From Vicinamibacteria bacterium (GTDB lineage Bacteria > Acidobacteriota > Vicinamibacteria > Marinacidobacterales > Marinacidobacteraceae), in assembly GCA_963668695.2 (NCBI GenBank), contig CAXXLQ010000004.1:2368001-2432000 (forward strand): 64,000 nt of DNA, read 5' to 3'. Under the pieces are notes generated by a model that was not told the DNA's origin, made no database searches, and saw only the letters and a list, made by a program, of their open reading frames with translations. Positions within the stretch are counted from its first letter, which is position 1. Each line of letters starts with the position of its first letter. The position numbers were made by a program, and so were the translations under genes. Below are positions 58,089 through 64,000 of the stretch, piece by piece.

Positions 58089-60544
58089 CGGGCGGATTCC
58101 GAAACCTCGGCGCCGCCGCGCTGGCCTTGGCGCTGCTTGCCGGCTGCGGGGAACAGGGCGCCCCGCGACCGGCCACCGTCGGACCGGAGTCCGGCTACGA
58201 GGACCTGGCGGCCAGGCTCTCCGATTTCGTCGCCGCCGAAATGGAGCACAAACGAATCCCGGCGCTCGCGCTCGCCCTCACTGACGGAGATCGGATCGTC
58301 TGGGCGCGGGGATTCGGCGAGGCGCAGCCGGGCGTACCCGCGGATGCGGACACTCTCTTCAGGGTGGGTTCGGTTTCGAAGCTCTTCACCGACATCGCGG
58401 TGGTGGCCCGTCAAGCGTCCGGCGAGCTGGATCTCGACGCCGAGGTCTCGGATGTACTACCCGGCTTCGCACCCGCCGGCGTACCGGAGGAGGGCGGAGT
58501 CAGCCTGCGCCGGCTTATGGCGCATCGCGCGGGACTCGTGCGCGAGCCCCCGGTGGGTCACTACTTCGACGACACCGACCCCTCGCTCGCCGCCACTGTC
58601 GAGAGCCTGAACGGCGTTCCGCTCGTCTTCCCTCCGGGCCTGCGGCAGAAGTACTCGAACGCGGGGATCGCGGTGGTGGGGCGCGTGCTGGAGCACGCCG
58701 CGGGGAAGCCCTTTGCCGAGGCGGTGACCGAGGAGGTGCTCGTCCCGCTCGGGCTCGATTCGAGTTCCTTCTCGGTGGCCTCCGCGCCGGCGGAGCGCCT
58801 GGCTCAGGCGTCGATGTGGAGCTACGACGGCCGGGAATTTCCCGCGCCGGATTTTCCGCTCGGAATGGCCCCGGCGGGTTCGATGGTCACCTCGGTCCGC
58901 GATTTGGCCAAGTTCATGACTCTGCTGGCTGGAGGCGAGCTCCCCGGAGTGCTTGACGGGGAGTCGCTCGCAGAGATGTGGCGCGTCCAGTTCCCGGACG
59001 ATCCCCAGGGTCCCGATCCCAGCGGGTTCGGGCTCGGCTTCAACCGGGGCACGCTGGAGGCCCAAAACGCCGCCGGCGAAACCACCTCCTACGCGGTGAT
59101 CGGCCACGGGGGGGCCATCTACGGCTACTCCACCGAACTCGCCTTCCTGCCCGAGGTCGGACTCGGCGCCGTCGTGGTGACGAACGTGGATTTCACGAAT
59201 GCCGTGGCCTCCCGGATCGTCGGGCTCGCGCTCCGGGGGGCGCTCGGCCTCCGTTCGGGAACCGAGGGTGCCGAGGGTGCCGAGGGTGCGCTGCCCCGCT
59301 CCGCGCCGCTGCGCGAGGGGCTGGCGAGGCGGCTTCACGGTTTGTACGAGTCCGGGGAGGGCAGCCGGCTTCGGGTGCTGGCCCGCGGCGACCGCGCCGA
59401 GATGGAAATCGGGAGCGCCACTCTGGAACTTCGCGCCTCGGATACCCCGGGCGTGCTTGTCGCCGACTCGCGGCTGTCCTTCGGTCCCGAAGTCGAGATC
59501 GCCGAAGAGGAGGAGGCCGGACCGGAGGAGGCCGGACCGATCGAATCCCTTCGGATCGGCGAGCGGGAATTCCGCCGCGTCCCCGACCCGCGTCCGCCTC
59601 CCCCGCCGGCGGAGTTCAACCCTCTCCTCGGCGAGTACGGCTGGGATCACAACATTCTCTTCGTCTTCGAGCGCGACGGCGCCCTCACCGTGCTGATCGA
59701 ATGGCTGGAGCGCTACCCGCTCACTGCCGCCACCGAAGACCCGAACCTGTTTCACTTCCCGGACCGGGGCCTCTACCCGGGCGAGTCGCTCCGCTTTCTC
59801 AGGGACGATGACGGGCGGGTGAGGGGAGCGGATCTCTCCGGGATCGTCTTCCCGCGCCGGCCCGGCCCGGGCGAAGGGACCTTCCGCATCGAGCCCCTGC
59901 TACCGGTCTCGGAGCTTCGGCGGCTCGCCGATGACGCGTCTCCGCCGGCTGAGGAAGGCGACTTCCGCGATTCGGATCTCGTCCGGCTCACTGACCTGGA
60001 TTCCACCATTCGGTTGGACGTCCGCTACGCCGGCGACAACAACTTCATGGGGACCGCCTTCTACGAGGTCGCGGACGCCTTCCTGCAGCGTCCCGCGGCC
60101 GAGGCTCTCGCCCGGGCGCACGCCGCGCTCGGAGAGTACGGCTACGGCGTGGTGGCCCACGACGGCTACCGTCCGTGGCGGGTCACGAAGATGTTCTTCG
60201 ACGCCACTCCCGAGCCCCAGCGGATCTTCGTCGCCGATCCCTCTGCGGGGTCCCGGCACAACCGCGGCGCCGCGGTGGACATCGGCCTCTACGACCTCGC
60301 CACCGGCGAGGTGCAGGTCTTCGTCTCGGGTTACGACGAGTTCTCGGAACGCGCCTTCCCCCGCTACGTCGGCGGGACCTCGGAACAGCGCTGGCTTCGG
60401 GAACTGCTCCGCAGGCTCATGGAGCGCGAGGGCTTCGCCGTCTACGAACACGAGTGGTGGCACTTCGACTACGGGGACTGGCAGCGCTACGGCATCGAGA
60501 ACGTTCCGCTCCACCGCATCGGAGTAGCGGACTCCGGGTCGTGA
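58085..60544 (+). CDS. Lipoprotein: beta-lactamase-like serine hydrolase fused to D-Ala-D-Ala dipeptidase (M15D/VanX-like)
   Basis: Lipobox LAGC; SVSK, YSN, HGG; DGYRPW, SRHNRGAAVD, EWWHF. Confidence 0.88.
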   Translation: MTGGFRNLGAAALALALLAGCGEQGAPRPATVGPESGYEDLAARLSDFVAAEMEHKRIPALALALTDGDRIVWARGFGEAQPGVPADADTLFRVGSVSKLFTDIAVVARQASGELDLDAEVSDVLPGFAPAGVPEEGGVSLRRLMAHRAGLVREPPVGHYFDDTDPSLAATVESLNGVPLVFPPGLRQKYSNAGIAVVGRVLEHAAGKPFAEAVTEEVLVPLGLDSSSFSVASAPAERLAQASMWSYDGREFPAPDFPLGMAPAGSMVTSVRDLAKFMTLLAGGELPGVLDGESLAEMWRVQFPDDPQGPDPSGFGLGFNRGTLEAQNAAGETTSYAVIGHGGAIYGYSTELAFLPEVGLGAVVVTNVDFTNAVASRIVGLALRGALGLRSGTEGAEGAEGALPRSAPLREGLARRLHGLYESGEGSRLRVLARGDRAEMEIGSATLELRASDTPGVLVADSRLSFGPEVEIAEEEEAGPEEAGPIESLRIGEREFRRVPDPRPPPPPAEFNPLLGEYGWDHNILFVFERDGALTVLIEWLERYPLTAATEDPNLFHFPDRGLYPGESLRFLRDDDGRVRGADLSGIVFPRRPGPGEGTFRIEPLLPVSELRRLADDASPPAEEGDFRDSDLVRLTDLDSTIRLDVRYAGDNNFMGTAFYEVADAFLQRPAAEALARAHAALGEYGYGVVAHDGYRPWRVTKMFFDATPEPQRIFVADPSAGSRHNRGAAVDIGLYDLATGEVQVFVSGYDEFSERAFPRYVGGTSEQRWLRELLRRLMEREGFAVYEHEWWHFDYGDWQRYGIENVPLHRIGVADSGS

Positions 60545-61266
60545 TTCTCGAACTCCTTTCGCGGGAGGGCCGGGAGGCGGCCCGCATTCGGCGCGCGGCG
60601 AAGACGCTCACCGAGCGGTACGCGCAGCCGGAGCCCCGGATGGACGCTGCCGATCGGCTCGTCCGGATCGGGACCCCCGAGGCGATCTACCAGCTCGCCC
60701 GGCGGTTCGCCATCACCTCCGGGAATCTGGAGCAGGACGATCAGGAAAAGCGCTGGGTCCGTGACCTGCTGATCGAACAGGGCGACCGCGCGGCCGATCC
60801 ACTGCGGCGCTACCTGAGGGGCCACGATGACATCACCTGGGCGATGGACGCCCTCTTGAAGCTCCTGCCAGCCGATGCGTTGGCCGAATTCCTCTTCGAA
60901 GTGCTCCAGGACGGCGACGCGGTGGCCATCCGGGGACCGAAGGCGGTCCAGATCATCGACTTTCTCGCCGGACTCGACACGGAAGGGATTGCCGCGGGGG
61001 TGGCGCGTTGCCTCACGAGCAGCGACGACACGGTGCGGATCGCCGCGGTGGCGGCACTCCGGACGTACGCGGAGCCCGCGACCCGGGAAGCGCTGCTCGA
61101 GGCCGTCGTCTCCGAGGAGGAGGACTCGGTACGCGTCCGGATCGCGATCTCCGAACTCTTTGCCGACCTGGAGTGGGAAATCCGCGGGCACCGTCCCGGA
61201 GTGGAGCGGGTTCTCCCGGATGGCTTCCGGGTCAGCTCTCGCGGCCGGATTCTTCGCGCCGGTTAA
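60541..61266 (+). CDS. HEAT-repeat protein
   Basis: Helical repeats DDTVRIAAVAAL, DSVRVRIAI; 4-bp overlap with the upstream gene. Confidence 0.7.
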   Translation: MILELLSREGREAARIRRAAKTLTERYAQPEPRMDAADRLVRIGTPEAIYQLARRFAITSGNLEQDDQEKRWVRDLLIEQGDRAADPLRRYLRGHDDITWAMDALLKLLPADALAEFLFEVLQDGDAVAIRGPKAVQIIDFLAGLDTEGIAAGVARCLTSSDDTVRIAAVAALRTYAEPATREALLEAVVSEEEDSVRVRIAISELFADLEWEIRGHRPGVERVLPDGFRVSSRGRILRAG

Positions 61267-62186
61267 CAGCCGGTGGTGAAACCCACGCGGCCCAGTTCTC
61301 CCGGTGGGGGCTCGGCCGGCGATCCATCCCGGCCAAACAGCCTGTGATGAAACCCGCGCGGCCCAGTTCTCCCGGTGGGGGCTCGGCCGGCGATCCATCC
61401 CGGCTGAACCGCGCCGCTGCGTGCCGCTCATCGTTGCGTTTCGGTCGAAATACACTCGGGCCAGTTCTCCCGGTGGGGGCTCCTCCCTCACGCGCCTTGT
61501 CAGCCGGACCCCCACCGGGAGAACTGGCCAGCCTCGGCGCTCGCGTGGGTTCCACCACCGGCTGTTCACCGCGTCGCTGCGCGCCGCTCATCGTTGCGTT
61601 TCGGTCGAAATACACCCGGGCCAGTTCTCCCGGTGGGGGCTTCTCCCTCACGCGCCTTGTCAGCCGGGCGCCTCGCCGGCCTCGGCGCTCACGCGGGTTC
61701 CACCACCGGCTGTTCACCGCGTCGCTTCGCGTCGCGCGTCGTTGCGTTTCGGTCGAAATACACCCGGGCCAGTTCTCCCGGTGGGGGCTTCTCCCTCACG
61801 CGCCTTGTCAGCCGGGCCCCCACCGGGAGGACTGGCCCCACCGGGAGAACTGGGCCTCGCCCCCACCGGGAGAACTGGCGGCCTCGGCGCTCACCCGGGT
61901 TTCACCACAGGCGGTTAACAGCCGGTGAACGAAGTCACGCGGCCCAGTTCTCCCGGTGGGGGCTCGGCCGGCGATGCATCCCGGCTGAACTCTCCGCTTC
62001 GCGCCGCGCGTCGTTGCGCTTCGGTCGAAATACACCCGGGCCGGTTCTCCCGGTGGGGGCTCCTCCCTCGCGCGCCTTGTCAGCCGGGCCCCCACCGGGA
62101 GGACTGGCCCCACCGGGAGAACTGGGCCTCGCCCCCACCGGGAGAACTGGCGGCCTCGGCGCTCACGTCACTTCATCCACCGCCGG
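61267..62186. mobile_element. Composite array of MITE A copies and fragments with ~14 18-mers
   Basis: Starts after the TAA stop; internal ~140-160-bp tandem segments; a second element begins after TTAA at ~61919. Confidence 0.8.
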
Positions 62187-62271
62187 TTAACCGACCGGTG
62201 CGGCAAATCTCCCGAAAGCGGGTTTGTCCGGACATCGTGGCGCGGGGTAGCGCCGGCCGCGGTCTCAACTG

Positions 62272-63705
62272 ATGGTTTCGGCTTCCACCGTCCTCGTCGT
62301 TGTCGGCTATCTCGCCGGGATCACGGCCTTCGGCATCTGGGTGGGTCGCCGGGATCGGACGGTCACCGGGTTCTTCCTGGCCGGCCGGTCCGCCCCCTAC
62401 TGGGCGGTGGCCGCCTGCATCGTGGCGACCGAGACCAGCGTCCTCACCTTCACTTCGATTCCCGGGTTCGCCTACGAAGGGAACTTCGGTTTCCTGCAGC
62501 TTGCGATCGGGTTCGTGCTGGGCCGGGTAGGGATCGCGCTGGTGCTCCTGCCGGCCTACTTCCGCGGGCAGGTGGTCACCACCTACGAACTCCTGCTGCA
62601 GCGGTTCGGCACCCGCGTGCGGAGCGCCGCCGCCGCCATCTTCCTCGTCTACCGCAACCTCGCCGACGGCGTCCGGCTCCACGCCGCCGCGCTCATGGTG
62701 GCGATCGTCGCCGGGGTTCCCGAGTGGTGGTGCATCGTGGCGCTCGCGGCCGCAATGGTCGTGTTCTCGGAGGAGGGCGGGGTCAAGGCCACCATCTGGA
62801 CCGACGTGATCCAGCTCGGCGTGTATCTCATCGGGGCCGGGGTGATCGTCGCGGCGCTCTGGCAGGGGAGTGGCCCCGAGCCGCTCGCCTGGATCCCTGC
62901 TGCCCGCGAGGCCGGGAAGTTCGCGGTGGTGTTTCCCGCCTTCGACCTCACCATCCCATACACGATCTGGGCCGGGGTGGCCGGCGGGTTCTTCCTCACC
63001 TTCGCGACCCACGGTGCGGACCAGTACCTGGCCCAGCGGCTGCTCGCGGCACGTTCGCTCCGCCACGCCCAGGCGGGTCTGGTGATTTCCGGGTTCGGGG
63101 CTTTGCTCCAGTTCGGGCTCTTCCTGGGCATCGGCGCCTGGCTCTGGCACTACTACGACGGCCGGGCGTTCGCCCGTCCCGACGAAGTGCTCCCCACCTT
63201 CGTCGCGGAGAATCTCTCCGGTCTCGCGGCCGGGGTCACCCTCGCCGCGGTCGTGGCGGCAGCGCTTTCTCCATCCCTCGTGAGCCTCGCTTCGACCACC
63301 GTGCGGGACTTCTGGCTGCCCTGGAAACAGCGGCAGGGGACGGCGGGAGGCGCCGGCGATGACTCCGGGCAGGTCCGGGTCGGCCGGCAGTTCGTGGTGG
63401 TCTGGGGGATCGTGCAGACCGGGGTGGCGCTCATGGCCCAGCGTGCGCCCTCGGCGCTGGAGGCCGGCCTCTCGGTGCTCTCCTACGCCTCCGGACCGAC
63501 GGTGGGGGCCTTCCTGCTCGCGGTCTTCGCGCGGCGCACCGAACCCACCGCCGTGCTGATCGGGATGGCCGGCGGTTTCGCGGCCCCGGCGGCGATCCGG
63601 CTGGCCGGCTTTCCCCTCGCGTGGACGTGGGACGTCATGGTGGGCTCCCTCGCCACCGCCGCGGTGGGCCTCCTGATCAGCCGCTGGCGAAGAGGCGCTG
63701 CGTAG
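62272..63705 (+). CDS. Sodium:solute symporter
   Basis: FFLAGR, IVATETS, GGVKATIWTDVIQ, GADQYLAQR. Confidence 0.9.
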   Translation: MVSASTVLVVVGYLAGITAFGIWVGRRDRTVTGFFLAGRSAPYWAVAACIVATETSVLTFTSIPGFAYEGNFGFLQLAIGFVLGRVGIALVLLPAYFRGQVVTTYELLLQRFGTRVRSAAAAIFLVYRNLADGVRLHAAALMVAIVAGVPEWWCIVALAAAMVVFSEEGGVKATIWTDVIQLGVYLIGAGVIVAALWQGSGPEPLAWIPAAREAGKFAVVFPAFDLTIPYTIWAGVAGGFFLTFATHGADQYLAQRLLAARSLRHAQAGLVISGFGALLQFGLFLGIGAWLWHYYDGRAFARPDEVLPTFVAENLSGLAAGVTLAAVVAAALSPSLVSLASTTVRDFWLPWKQRQGTAGGAGDDSGQVRVGRQFVVVWGIVQTGVALMAQRAPSALEAGLSVLSYASGPTVGAFLLAVFARRTEPTAVLIGMAGGFAAPAAIRLAGFPLAWTWDVMVGSLATAAVGLLISRWRRGAA

Positions 63706-63828
63706 AATGCGTCCGGTGCCCCGACGGGATGTGACTGAGTGGCGGGCGGCGCCGGGGAGAGCCGCAGCGCGGCGAAACCGCCGGTGCGCGGCCCGCGGAG
63801 CCGGCCCGGTGAACGGCGTGGAACCAAA

Positions 63829-64000
63829 GTGACGGGCTTCCGGACCATCCTGGGCGCCTTCCGCTCCTGGCGGACCCTCTCGGTCACGCTGCTGTCGTTC
63901 TCGTCGGGGCTGCCCCTTGGCCTTGTCTGGATCGCCATTCCCGACTGGATGCGTGACATCGGGGTGGACATCCGCATCGTCGGGCTCTTCAACCTGGCGC
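63829..64000 (+). CDS. 5' end of an AmpG-like MFS permease (runs off window)
   Basis: GTG 63829 gives ...LLSFSSGLPLGL...WMRDIGVDIRIVGLF. Confidence 0.65.
   Translation, partial: MTGFRTILGAFRSWRTLSVTLLSFSSGLPLGLVWIAIPDWMRDIGVDIRIVGLFNLA

Noticed and set aside
61267-62186. CRISPR array, or ORFs with PHRENW/PTGRTG repeats
   Set aside because: Tandem MITE fragments; the ORFs are translations of GC-rich repeats in several frames
1-64000. Many long antisense/overlapping ORFs; tRNA, rRNA, reverse transcriptase, integrase or transposase genes
   Set aside because: The overlapping ORFs are expected GC-rich shadows with no motifs; I recognised no RNA genes or mobility enzymes

Overview
High-GC bacterial chromosomal window; the gene content suggests Acidobacteriota or a similar diderm lineage, but that is inference. 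The backbone is housekeeping: yceD-rpmF-fabD-fabG-acpP-fabF, mutY-leuS-lptE-holA, recO-glyQ-glyS, mutL, mgtE, bshA-like, transporters and hydrolases. The intergenic space holds several layered repeat families: (A) a ~179-bp TA-flanked MITE, ~10 loci, often at stop codons; (B) a covarying structured repeat; (C) a ~110-bp hairpin repeat; (D) REP-like palindromes. The most unusual signal is an 18-bp element, CCCCACCGGGAGAACTGG (~30 copies counted by eye), that I see only inserted inside families A and D, with empty and filled sites both present. Other leads: an AT-richer islet encoding a frameshifted, secreted 10-Cys precursor plus a membrane partner (bacteriocin/immunity-like); a YceI + Cyc2-like cytochrome-porin + cytochrome-like lipoprotein cluster; and four toxin-antitoxin-type modules, two of them damaged. 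A frameshift in essential glyS warns that some indels may be sequencing errors. All assignments come from motif recognition by eye; no searches were run.
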